A stretch of 64,000 nt of DNA, taken from IMG/VR virus record IMGVR_UViG_3300047319_001872, positions 186,001-250,000 of that record; one strand, 5' to 3'. Positions 36,501 to 45,795 of the stretch are shown here, piece after piece. Within the stretch, counting starts at the first letter, position 1; each line of letters begins with the position of its first letter. The notes beneath the pieces were generated by a model that saw only the letters and a list, made by a program, of their open reading frames with translations, was not told the origin of the DNA and made no database searches. Made by a program: the position numbers and the translations under genes.

Positions 36501-37577
36501 CTAGGTGGTCGACACGGGCTGAACGATCAACTGCGTCGCATTAAAGCGCGCATCACTCCACGCATTGCCACTCGGGTCCGTCGTCTGCACACCCGCCAGA
36601 TCCCGACCGTAATCCATCGTCGTATCGGTGAAACTGTAGTTGGGCAGATTCTTCGTGGCTGAACCGTTATTCAACTGTGCCGTGACTTGCGCCGCTGCCG
36701 TCACGCTTGCCGCCATCTTGTACTGCACCGCAATCATGCCTGCGCCTGCAGGTGCGGTCGACTGATACGTCACCGTAATCGGGTCGTTGGTCGGAGCATT
36801 CGACTGCGTCGGCGCGGGCGACGGTGTAGCGCTGTAGCCGGTCTGGAAATCCAGCAAGGCGGACTTGCCGTCGCTTGACGAATAGTTTGGGGCGGTCACG
36901 GCCGCGTACTGTGCGACCGCGGACTGAATAGGACCCAGTCGCGTATTGGGTAGCGTTGCGTCGCCGTCGATGAAGTAGAAGTCCTGCAGCGAGAAGTTGC
37001 AGGAGTTCGTTGTCACTGCGTTCGAGCCAAATACCAGATACGTAAAACCAGTCGCCAGCACGGCCTTATCGATGATCTTCAACCCATCGACCCAGGCCGT
37101 GTACTGACTGTTGGCGATGTCGAGCATCACCTCCACGTACTGCGTCACATTCACGGTCCGACTGAGCTGCGTCTCGTTCACCAGCGAGGTCGGTGCAACC
37201 GTCGCCGAAGAAGCCGTCCCAAATACCGATGAGGTGCCAGGTGCGGGAATCGCTGAGCTCCAGGTGCGAAAACCAATGTAAGCTTTGGTCGCGCCACTTT
37301 GCAACAAAGGAATATCGGCAAGCGCCACGACCAGTGCCTGAGCCTGCGAGGTGCTATTGCCAAATCCCAGTCCGCCACCACGATAAGTGCCACCCGACGC
37401 ACCTGCCACGACGCTATTGATCACGCAGTTTGACGCACCAGCGCGCAGAATCAGCGTACCCGGATTACCGGTGAGCTGATTATACGCATTGTTCGGTGTG
37501 TACGCAGCGATCGCAGTCAGCGGGATGTTGGATGCGTTGGCAATGTGATCGTACGTCCACAAGGCTCGCAAAGTCAT
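36501..37577 (-). CDS. Family B paralog copy 3
   Basis: MTLRALWTYDH...LQDFYFIDGD...RLGPI...DPSGNAWS. Confidence 0.75.
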   Translation of the reverse strand: MTLRALWTYDHIANASNIPLTAIAAYTPNNAYNQLTGNPGTLILRAGASNCVINSVVAGASGGTYRGGGLGFGNSTSQAQALVVALADIPLLQSGATKAYIGFRTWSSAIPAPGTSSVFGTASSATVAPTSLVNETQLSRTVNVTQYVEVMLDIANSQYTAWVDGLKIIDKAVLATGFTYLVFGSNAVTTNSCNFSLQDFYFIDGDATLPNTRLGPIQSAVAQYAAVTAPNYSSSDGKSALLDFQTGYSATPSPAPTQSNAPTNDPITVTYQSTAPAGAGMIAVQYKMAASVTAAAQVTAQLNNGSATKNLPNYSFTDTTMDYGRDLAGVQTTDPSGNAWSDARFNATQLIVQPVSTT

Positions 37578-37658
37578 GTTAATCTCTCTTCAAAGAAACT
37601 GGGTCTGGAAGCCATTTAGTAAAAAATAACTTCCAGAATACACATCATTAGCCGCCTT

Positions 37659-39332
37659 TTAGTCGATCACAAAGGGCGCGGAAGGCGGGGTGAAGTTCGC
37701 GGTGTAGCGTGCGATGTTACTCACCCGCAGTTCATCGATGTAGCCTGGGAACTGCGAAGCCGTATTGTACTGGTTGCCACCGATCGTCCACGTACTGCCC
37801 GACAGACCAAAGGTCAGTGCCGACGTCAGAGTGCCTTGGGCCACCCCGCCGATGTAGCCTGTATAGACACCATTGGCGTACACCACAGCACAATGCTGCC
37901 ATTTGTTGAGCGTAAAGGCGGCGGCCGGGGCCAGTGTCTTCCAACCCGAGCCGTCAGTCAGGTAAATCCCTAATCCCTTATCAGACTGCTGACCAATTGA
38001 GGTTTGGCCTGTAGTGGTATTAGCAGTCTTCGAACTGAGAATGGTCGTGTCGCCCAGTGCTGCGGTCCGATAAAGCCAGAACTCAACCGTCATCGCGCTA
38101 CCGAGCACCATCGTCGCATCGGAAGCAACCGAGAGGTTACCCGTGGTGCTCGAGTTATACGACTTGCTCCCCATGGCCACCTGACCCGTGGTGAGTACAC
38201 CATTGCCGTTCGATGTCCAGGTCCGACCTGTGTCATCGACGAAACTTTCCATGTGCATCAAGACCACGGTGTTGAGGGTCTTCGGCGTGAGGATTGCGCT
38301 CGACGCATTGATCTTTGCCGGTGTCCACAACCCACCGTCAGGCGCCTTACGTTGCACACCCCACTTTTGGTTGAAGAGGTTCGTGTTGGGTGGCACGACA
38401 ATTTTACCCGCAGCCAGCGTGTTCGATGCCTGGCTAAAGGATACATCGATCGAATTCGACGCTGAATCACCGATCAGGGTGAGCTGTGGCTGCACGGCGA
38501 TGATGGGCACATTCGCTGCCACGCTGGTGCTTAGGTTCGCAGTCACAGGCTGGTTGTTCGCCGGAGCTGACGCACTCGGCGTGGTGACCGGCGGGTTCTG
38601 CAAGGCAGTTGTCAATGCCGTGGGCAAATCCGCTGCACTATTGAGTGTCCAGTCCGTTCCAGCGATATTCGAAAGACCCGCGTGCGATGAACGAATCGGA
38701 CCCAGTCGTACCGTATCGGTGCTATCAAAATCCAAAAAGTAGAAATCCCGATAACCCCGCGCAGCATTGGCCGTTCCTACTGTACTACCGGTTCCAAACA
38801 CACCGTAACCCGTCGCCGGAAAGGCACTGGCGGAGAATGTCGTCGAACGCACCAGATTACCATTCACATACAGCCAGTACGTGAGCGCCACCGAATCAAC
38901 GATAAGCTCCACATAGAGCTCGGTATTAGCTGGAGCGACCAGATCCGCTTCCGAGATCCAGATCAGCAACGTCGCGGTCGCAAAGCCTGCGGTGGTGATG
39001 AACACTCGGCCCGGCGTGGAGCCGGTCACTGCTTGACTGGATTTGGTTCGAAAACCGATACCCCACTTGGTGGCACCGCTCATGTTCAGCGCTTGGGCGA
39101 GCTTAAACCAAATCATGCTGCCGTTGCCGCTCGAGTTATTCGTCGAGGTAGCAAAGCCATTTGCGTCCACCGCCAGCGTACTGCCACTGTAAGTGTAGGT
39201 GCAGCCTGGGTTTCCGGTGTAGTAGTTGTAAACGTTGCTCGGCCCCGTGGTCGAGGTGAGGTCAGTCGTGCCGGTGAGCAAACTCGTACCCACTGGCGCA
39301 TTATCAAACGACCACAAGTCATGGATTGCCAT
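37659..39332 (-). CDS. Family B paralog copy 4 with appended C-terminal LamG
   Basis: MAIHDLWSFDNAP...RLGPI...APDGGLWT, then VVLMHM...IDELRVSNIARYT. Confidence 0.78.
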   Translation of the reverse strand: MAIHDLWSFDNAPVGTSLLTGTTDLTSTTGPSNVYNYYTGNPGCTYTYSGSTLAVDANGFATSTNNSSGNGSMIWFKLAQALNMSGATKWGIGFRTKSSQAVTGSTPGRVFITTAGFATATLLIWISEADLVAPANTELYVELIVDSVALTYWLYVNGNLVRSTTFSASAFPATGYGVFGTGSTVGTANAARGYRDFYFLDFDSTDTVRLGPIRSSHAGLSNIAGTDWTLNSAADLPTALTTALQNPPVTTPSASAPANNQPVTANLSTSVAANVPIIAVQPQLTLIGDSASNSIDVSFSQASNTLAAGKIVVPPNTNLFNQKWGVQRKAPDGGLWTPAKINASSAILTPKTLNTVVLMHMESFVDDTGRTWTSNGNGVLTTGQVAMGSKSYNSSTTGNLSVASDATMVLGSAMTVEFWLYRTAALGDTTILSSKTANTTTGQTSIGQQSDKGLGIYLTDGSGWKTLAPAAAFTLNKWQHCAVVYANGVYTGYIGGVAQGTLTSALTFGLSGSTWTIGGNQYNTASQFPGYIDELRVSNIARYTANFTPPSAPFVID

Positions 39333-39419
39333 AACCTACTCCAATGTAATTCGATGACATAAGTGGACACCCAATCTCCTCTCCTCACCTAGGAGAAGAG
39401 ACCGAATGCCCTCTCATGT

Positions 39420-41144
39420 TTAGTTGATGTTTGCCGCCGTGGTCGACTGCGGCTGCAACACCAGGTTGGTCGCCGAAATGGTACTGCTAGTCCAGGCGTT
39501 GCCGTTCGGATCGGTCGTCTGAATGCCCGCCAGATCTCGTGTGTACTGCGCCGCGGTATCGCGAAACTGATACGTCGCCAGTGCCTTGTTGGTTGCGCCT
39601 TCTTGGAGCGAAGCCAACAGGTTGATCGCAAACGGTACCTGCGCGGCAAGCTTATACTGCATCGCGAGAACCTTCTGTCCGGCCGGAACGCTCGGAGCGA
39701 AGTTCACCGTCATGGGTTGATTATCCGCACCGTTTTGGACGAACGGCGTAATGGCCGCTGTGGCCGCGTAAGCCGTCTGCAAAGCCGACACTGTGTTACC
39801 ACTCGAATCCGCCACGTAGGTCGAACCGTTAAGTACGCTCGCGTCCAGGTGCATCAGGAGCATGGTGTTGGCGTCTGTCGTGAACGGCCCAGTCGGCGGA
39901 GTAAAGCCCGTGGTGTAACGCGCCATATTCGAGACCCGGAACTCGTCAATATAACCTTGCCAGGGACTGGTTAGATTGTTATTATTGCCGAGAATCAGGT
40001 TCGACGTATTGTTACCGAACGTCGCGTTGCCCGCCACGTTACCCAGCGCCACCCCGTTCTGGTAAATGGTCCAGGTGCCTTGGTAGCGGACCAGCGCCAG
40101 GTGGAACCACTGGTTGACCACCGGGTTACCCGTCACACTGAGCGCGGGCGTGCCCGAAGTCTGGTCGGTAAGGAGCTGCCATACGCCCGAGACATACTGC
40201 AAACGGGCCCACGGTGAAGCGCCTGAGTCCTTACACATAAAACCTACCGACTGCCCAGCATTGGTGCTCATGGCCCAGCACTCGTACGTCATGTCACCCG
40301 TTACCGTGCGGTACTGCACGGCATCAGGAATCACCACTGCGCCGCTGGCGACACCATTCGTCGTAAATGAAGCGGGGCCAAACTTCGCCTGAGCATTCGA
40401 AATCGCCGATGCACCATTCAGCGTACCGATAAAGTTTCCGTAGTTCGGCGCTTGCACGCCACTGACAAGCGGGATAAGCGGGGTGCTCGTGATCGGACCG
40501 AGCCGACCATTGGGCTTGGTGGCGTCCACATCCAAGAAATAGAAGTCCCGGAAGGCCTGTCCGAACGAGCCACTAAAGGGTTGACCACTGTAGACGAAGT
40601 GAGTGAAACCAGTTGGCAACGTCCCACTGCTAGTTGCCACGCCATTGACGTAAGTCTGATACGTATGGTTAGCGTTATCCAGGAAGACTTCAACGTACTG
40701 CGCACCTGCTACGCCTGCTGTCACGCGATTAAGCTGGGTTTCGTTGATAAGTGAAACGACGTTGGCACCGCCCCCGCCCAACACACCCGCTGCGGATGAC
40801 GGCAACACACCGAAACAGTTACAACTGCCAGGTGCAAGACCAGTGGCGTAGGTACGGAAGCCCAACCAGGCCTGCGTAGCGCCGCCCTGAAACAGACCAG
40901 AGTCCGCCAGCGAAATCACATAACCCGCATACAGCGTAGAGTTACTGACCCCGAGACTCAGCCAGCCCGGTGAAGGCGTGGTGCTGATGTTAGCGCCATT
41001 GGAGCTGTTGCCGGTCATCATCGCGCCAGGCGCGCCGTACTGGGTCTGAAAGCTATTCGGTGTAGCATAGGTAGTGCCGACCGTCAGCGCAAACGCAGCC
41101 GTGAGCTGAACATGGTCAAACGAGATTAATGCGCGGAGCGTCAT
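39420..41144 (-). CDS. Family B paralog copy 5 with an internally inserted LamG
   Basis: MTLRALISFDH...RLGPI...[LamG]...DPNGNAWT; likely start 41144. Confidence 0.78.
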   Translation of the reverse strand: MTLRALISFDHVQLTAAFALTVGTTYATPNSFQTQYGAPGAMMTGNSSNGANISTTPSPGWLSLGVSNSTLYAGYVISLADSGLFQGGATQAWLGFRTYATGLAPGSCNCFGVLPSSAAGVLGGGGANVVSLINETQLNRVTAGVAGAQYVEVFLDNANHTYQTYVNGVATSSGTLPTGFTHFVYSGQPFSGSFGQAFRDFYFLDVDATKPNGRLGPITSTPLIPLVSGVQAPNYGNFIGTLNGASAISNAQAKFGPASFTTNGVASGAVVIPDAVQYRTVTGDMTYECWAMSTNAGQSVGFMCKDSGASPWARLQYVSGVWQLLTDQTSGTPALSVTGNPVVNQWFHLALVRYQGTWTIYQNGVALGNVAGNATFGNNTSNLILGNNNNLTSPWQGYIDEFRVSNMARYTTGFTPPTGPFTTDANTMLLMHLDASVLNGSTYVADSSGNTVSALQTAYAATAAITPFVQNGADNQPMTVNFAPSVPAGQKVLAMQYKLAAQVPFAINLLASLQEGATNKALATYQFRDTAAQYTRDLAGIQTTDPNGNAWTSSTISATNLVLQPQSTTAANIN

Positions 41145-41213
41145 GATTCCCTCTGTCAAAAAGCTTAATGCATATTCCAGGAAAGCCTCTGGGAGGCCCT
41201 CCCAGAATCGGTA

Positions 41214-41558
41214 TTACGCTTGCCGAGGTGTTTCGTTGTACTGCAAAACCAGAAGATTGTGTGGACCATTGGCCCACGGCAACTCCAGCACCAGCGCGTA
41301 CTTGAACAAAGCGTTCGAGGGCAGGTGCGTGTGGTTCACGCCGTTAAACCTCACCTCGGCTCCAGCCAACGTATAAGGCTCTTCTTCTTTGTCGGTCCAT
41401 TGGGCACGATGCTCGCCCTTGTCATGGGTGCTCAGAGATGCCGCCAGGAGCGTCACATCCGTCGCACTCAGTGTACCGAGTGGTACTTTTGCCAGCACAT
41501 CGCCATCGCTGGAAAAGTCCGTGAAGAAGAGATAGTTCGGCCAAAAAGTCGTTGCCAT
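41214..41558 (-). CDS. Stand-alone C-terminal-type domain of the fibre family
   Basis: YLFFTDFS...FKYALVLEL...LQYN resembles the C-termini of 42085-47349. Confidence 0.65.
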   Translation of the reverse strand: MATTFWPNYLFFTDFSSDGDVLAKVPLGTLSATDVTLLAASLSTHDKGEHRAQWTDKEEEPYTLAGAEVRFNGVNHTHLPSNALFKYALVLELPWANGPHNLLVLQYNETPRQA

Positions 41559-41571
41559 CTCACATCCTTTC

Positions 41572-42072
41572 TTAGAAGCCCGTCAGCACGTTCGAGTAGA
41601 ACAGATTACTGATGTTAGGCAAGGGGGCCAACACGCAGTCAAACGAACCGGTGTACCCGTAGGAGGTCGACAGTGCGGTCAACGTCACATGGGTGTTACC
41701 ATCACCGCCGGTAGTCGTCGTCGCGTCAGCGATGTCGTTCATCGTCAGCGTAAAACCATACTGGTCACGAATCGTGTTCAGTACGGTCGAGACGTCATTA
41801 CTGGGCGCTGCCACCAGCAGCACCGGACTGAAGTTCGCCCAGGCACCCAGATCGAGTCGATCGTAGTACAGCGTCATCTCACCCCGAAGCGGCGCTCCGG
41901 CGTTCATCGACACGTGGACCTTGGTGTTCTTGCCATTAGCCACTCCGGCCTGCTCAGCAGTCGTGGTCGGTTTTAACGCCACCACGGTAAACTGGCTGGA
42001 CGTCACCGTCACGCCGGAGGCTGCACTGATTAACGAGGCGAGGTCGTCGCTCGAATTTTGATACAAACTCAC
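41572..42072 (-). CDS. Tail fibre/tip paralog, single domain
   Basis: LYYDRLDL; SYGYTGS. Confidence 0.8.
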   Translation of the reverse strand: MSLYQNSSDDLASLISAASGVTVTSSQFTVVALKPTTTAEQAGVANGKNTKVHVSMNAGAPLRGEMTLYYDRLDLGAWANFSPVLLVAAPSNDVSTVLNTIRDQYGFTLTMNDIADATTTTGGDGNTHVTLTALSTSYGYTGSFDCVLAPLPNISNLFYSNVLTGF

Positions 42073-42084
42073 ATCGACCTCCCT

Positions 42085-42972
42085 TTAATTAAAGTGCAGA
42101 TAGAACGCGCCCTGAAACCAGGACCCGGCTACCGCCGTGATCGTTACCACATACGCAAACTTGTTGCTATTCGCGCCCGGCACTGAAGCCGAAGGCAACG
42201 TGTAGCGCGACACCAGCAGATTACCCAAACCACCGGACGTGGTGGTGGAATCCTGGCCGCTCAGATTCAGACTCGGTAGGCTCTGTTGCAGAAAAGCCAA
42301 AATGCCTGCCAACGCACTGCCTGCCAGGAGCCAGTTTGAAGGGGTCGGTGTGGAGGATGAGCTCAGTGCTAAAAGCTGCGTACGAATCTTCGAACAATCG
42401 AGACCGTAGCTCAACACATCAGCCTGGGGTTTACGGCCACCGCCAAAGGTGTTCCCGCCCGGATACAGCTTACCCGTCAGTACCGGGGTCGTGATGACCT
42501 GGCTCATGTACGGCGCACCTTGCGTCCACTTGAAAGTAAATGACCCTTCGTAGCACAAGGACGTCGACAGCATCGTAACGGTGTACGAGTTGCCCGAGGT
42601 AAAATTCGAGGCAGTGAAATCGCTCGTCGTCAGCTCGGTGCCGTACTTGGCATTGAAACACTGACAGAACTGCGCGGGTGTCATGCTCGTTGAGCCGATG
42701 TAGTTATCGAGCGTCAACGTCATGCTGCGGAAAAGATTAGCCAGGTTAATGCGCCGGTAATACACCGTTTGCTTACCGATATACTGACCGACATTACCGG
42801 GCAAGGACAGGAGCACCAGGCTCGTGTCCTGAATCTGGCCGGAGCCAGGTGTTACGACAGTTGGCACCAACGAGCGTAGCATCGCGGTCGTCAGAGGCAC
42901 CTTCAGACCGGGATTCGACGTGTTAATCAACCCGAGCAAGGTGTTCAACTGCGTGTCAAGAAATGGGTACAT
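42085..42972 (-). CDS. Tail fibre/tip paralog, two-domain
   Basis: LLGLINTSN...YYRRINL...FYLHFN. Confidence 0.8.
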   Translation of the reverse strand: MYPFLDTQLNTLLGLINTSNPGLKVPLTTAMLRSLVPTVVTPGSGQIQDTSLVLLSLPGNVGQYIGKQTVYYRRINLANLFRSMTLTLDNYIGSTSMTPAQFCQCFNAKYGTELTTSDFTASNFTSGNSYTVTMLSTSLCYEGSFTFKWTQGAPYMSQVITTPVLTGKLYPGGNTFGGGRKPQADVLSYGLDCSKIRTQLLALSSSSTPTPSNWLLAGSALAGILAFLQQSLPSLNLSGQDSTTTSGGLGNLLVSRYTLPSASVPGANSNKFAYVVTITAVAGSWFQGAFYLHFN

Positions 42973-42988
42973 TAAACACCTCGTTTCG

Positions 42989-43009
42989 GGAGCGGGTCAA
43001 CCCCGCTCC
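42989..43009. terminator. Intergenic hairpin followed by GTATG on the plus strand
   Basis: GGAGCGGG-TCAAC-CCCGCTCC. Confidence 0.5.
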
Positions 43010-43022
43010 GTATGCTCTCGAC

Positions 43023-43916
43023 TTAGAAGTTGTTCGGGTCGAACGGATCGTTGTAGTGCAGGTACAGCGTGCCCGAAGGCGTCGTCTGATTCGCTGCCAA
43101 CTGGATCGCCATCACGTACTTGTAGGCCGGGTTGGTCGGGTTATTCACCGCATCATTCAGGCCGTTCGAGACGATGGTGGCCCCCGTCAAGTTCCAGGTC
43201 GTGTTAGCGCCCGTGTCCACCCACAGCGACTTACCTGCGCCCACATCCACGGCTTGAATGGCCGCCAACACGGCATCGAGCTGAGTCTGGGTCATCGCGC
43301 CGGGCGCATACGACAGGAACGTCGACTGCCAGGACGTGAAGTCGTACGGATACAGATACGCCGGGCCGTACACTGCCGTGGCGGGCGGGGCTGACGCATC
43401 GGCCACCGGATAGTTAATACCCGGCAAGTTCGTGGTCAAAGCAGCCGCATCAATCGGCACGCCGCCCGGCACCACATTGAGCATCACGCTACCTTGCCAG
43501 CCGAGCGAGTTCGGGTCCGCCGAGAGCTGCACTTGACCCGTACCATCGCCATTGAGCGTAATCGGCAGGTTCTGCAAGTCCCCTTGCACGAACTGGATGC
43601 CCAGGTAGTACGCGAGCTGGGGCAGGATGTCCCAGGTTGTTTGCGGATTGCTCACGGCCAGATCCGTGACGCCGTGCAGATTGGCCAGCTGGGCCAAATC
43701 CAGGCGATTATAGAGAATCACCTGCGAGCCTTGATAATTCGCTGAAGCCGCCGTCACTTTCACCGCAGTGTTGCGATCGCTCGACAAACCTTGCCAGGTC
43801 CCCGATACCACTTTCGGATTCGAGAACGACAGATCGGACGCCGTAAACGTCGTCGCATTGGCGGCGTTGATCGCGTTCAGCAAATCAGTCAAGGATGGGA
43901 GTTGAAAAGTCGACAT
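43023..43916 (-). CDS. Tail fibre/tip paralog, two-domain
   Basis: LLNAINAAN...LYNRLDL...SLGWQGS...LYLHYN. Confidence 0.8.
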   Translation of the reverse strand: MSTFQLPSLTDLLNAINAANATTFTASDLSFSNPKVVSGTWQGLSSDRNTAVKVTAASANYQGSQVILYNRLDLAQLANLHGVTDLAVSNPQTTWDILPQLAYYLGIQFVQGDLQNLPITLNGDGTGQVQLSADPNSLGWQGSVMLNVVPGGVPIDAAALTTNLPGINYPVADASAPPATAVYGPAYLYPYDFTSWQSTFLSYAPGAMTQTQLDAVLAAIQAVDVGAGKSLWVDTGANTTWNLTGATIVSNGLNDAVNNPTNPAYKYVMAIQLAANQTTPSGTLYLHYNDPFDPNNF

Positions 43917-43925
43917 ATCTCACCC

Positions 43926-44897
43926 TTAAACGTTGTAGTGCATGATGATGCGGCCTGCGCCCCACGAAGCACCGGCAGGCAGATCCAGATACAGCGCACG
44001 ATTGAAGTACTTGCTGTCCGCTTCCGGCAACGCCGCACTCGGCAGCGTCACGTTCGTGAACTTAATCCCGTACAGACTGTATGGGGTCGAAGCCGGATTG
44101 GTCAGGTTGTACTGTGTAGTAATCGCGGCGTTGATCGAAGCGAGCAGCGAGTTATGTACCGTCGCACCTGTGCCAGTTTGGGTGCCCAGGCCGTAGCTGG
44201 TCAAGAAAACAAGGACTTGAGCCAAAGTTTGGCTCGACGCCACACCTGCCTGGTTAAGCGCATTGGTCCAGTCGATCGAGTAGAAGTCCAGATCCGGCAC
44301 GTAGACGCCGTTATCCACCACATTGCGACCCCCAGGGAACACGCGGGCATTTTCCAGACTCGTCACCGAGATCATCGACGCGATGTCCTGCGGGGCCTGC
44401 ACCCAGTAAAGGGTAAAGCTACCGATAAACCCAGGGCTACCGGTCGCGGCTGCGACAGTCGCCGCACTGTTACGCGTGCCTGCTACCAGACCAATGGCTG
44501 GCACGGCGTTATTGTTACCGACAGGGAGATTGGCATCGACGATGTCGGCGGTAGTCAGCGTCAGACCGTACTTTGCATTGATCGACGGCAACAGATCCGA
44601 GATCTTAAACGGCGAACCAGCATTGGGCGAGTACTTGTAAATGACGATCGGCAAATTGCGGAACAAAATACCGAAGTCCAACCGACGATACAGCAGCGTG
44701 GTGTTACCCACGTATTTCGTCCCAGCCTGCGCGGTGACCTTGATCGACGTGTTCTGAATGTTGCCCCCCGTCGGCGTCACCGCAGTGGGCGTACCGTACA
44801 GGGCATTCGTCGTGGTCAGCGGCACAGGCAGAGAGGGATTTGCTTGGTTGATCAAATCAACCAGCATCTGCATGGACTGCTTGGGATAAAGAGACAT
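43926..44897 (-). CDS. Tail fibre/tip paralog, two-domain
   Basis: LVDLINQAN...LYRRLDF...IMHYNV. Confidence 0.8.
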   Translation of the reverse strand: MSLYPKQSMQMLVDLINQANPSLPVPLTTTNALYGTPTAVTPTGGNIQNTSIKVTAQAGTKYVGNTTLLYRRLDFGILFRNLPIVIYKYSPNAGSPFKISDLLPSINAKYGLTLTTADIVDANLPVGNNNAVPAIGLVAGTRNSAATVAAATGSPGFIGSFTLYWVQAPQDIASMISVTSLENARVFPGGRNVVDNGVYVPDLDFYSIDWTNALNQAGVASSQTLAQVLVFLTSYGLGTQTGTGATVHNSLLASINAAITTQYNLTNPASTPYSLYGIKFTNVTLPSAALPEADSKYFNRALYLDLPAGASWGAGRIIMHYNV

Positions 44898-44907
44898 GGT
44901 TCAAGCC

Positions 44908-45783
44908 CTAACGATTTTCGAGGACGTTGTAGTGAAAGTACATGGCGCTGCCGTAGAAGACACCAGCCCAAATCGTACCGAGAATCACTACCCGATCAAA
45001 ATTCTTGTTACTGTCGGCGATCTGTGAGGTCGCGTAATCTCCCGCGCCCGTGTAGGCGTAGCGCGCATCCGGAAAGTAAGGAATCCCCACTTTCGCACAA
45101 GCTGCACTGAGCGTCGCGTAGTCCGCAATGCCGTTGTAGCCCACGAACTGGTTAAGAGCGTAGTACTTGATCGCCAGCGCATCACGCATTGACGTGAAGT
45201 CGTAGTTCCACAGATAATCCCGACCATTGAGTCGATACGGGACATGGTTCACCACAGCGGCGCTATAGTCGTCAAACATCGTGTTCAACCGATTACTCGC
45301 GATCACCACATTCAGGTGCGGCTTATCGTGGGTAATCGTGATGTCGACTGAGCCTTTCCACCCGAGCGAGTCATCGGCCGCTACCAGCGTCACCGTACTC
45401 GAACCGAGGAGGGGTGGCGTGGTGATGTCCTGCGGAACAAAATCTTCCTCTTGCAGGAACGTCCCCAAGGACGCATTCATCAACGTCGCGATGCTCGCCA
45501 GCGTGAAGTTATCCAGCGAGGCCAGCGAGACCCGGCCTGCCAGATTGGAGAGGGGGACGCGGGTGTACTGAATCACCGCGTCACCATAGTAGCCTCGACC
45601 TGGCACCCCTGTGACGTCCACCGTGGTATCGTAGCCCACCGCGCCGTCAGGCGCAGCTTGCGGCGTACCGAAGATCAGGTTCTTATCCGAGAAGATCGGA
45701 TTCGGGGTGAACGTCTCATTGAGCAGGATAATCAGCTGCTCTCCGGAGAGAGTCGTCGGCTGTGACGTAATACCTGTCATCAC
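44908..45783 (-). CDS. Tail fibre/tip paralog, two-domain
   Basis: QYTRVPL...SLGWKGS...MYFHYN. Confidence 0.8.
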   Translation of the reverse strand: MMTGITSQPTTLSGEQLIILLNETFTPNPIFSDKNLIFGTPQAAPDGAVGYDTTVDVTGVPGRGYYGDAVIQYTRVPLSNLAGRVSLASLDNFTLASIATLMNASLGTFLQEEDFVPQDITTPPLLGSSTVTLVAADDSLGWKGSVDITITHDKPHLNVVIASNRLNTMFDDYSAAVVNHVPYRLNGRDYLWNYDFTSMRDALAIKYYALNQFVGYNGIADYATLSAACAKVGIPYFPDARYAYTGAGDYATSQIADSNKNFDRVVILGTIWAGVFYGSAMYFHYNVLENR

Positions 45784-45795
45784 TCTCTCCTTGGA

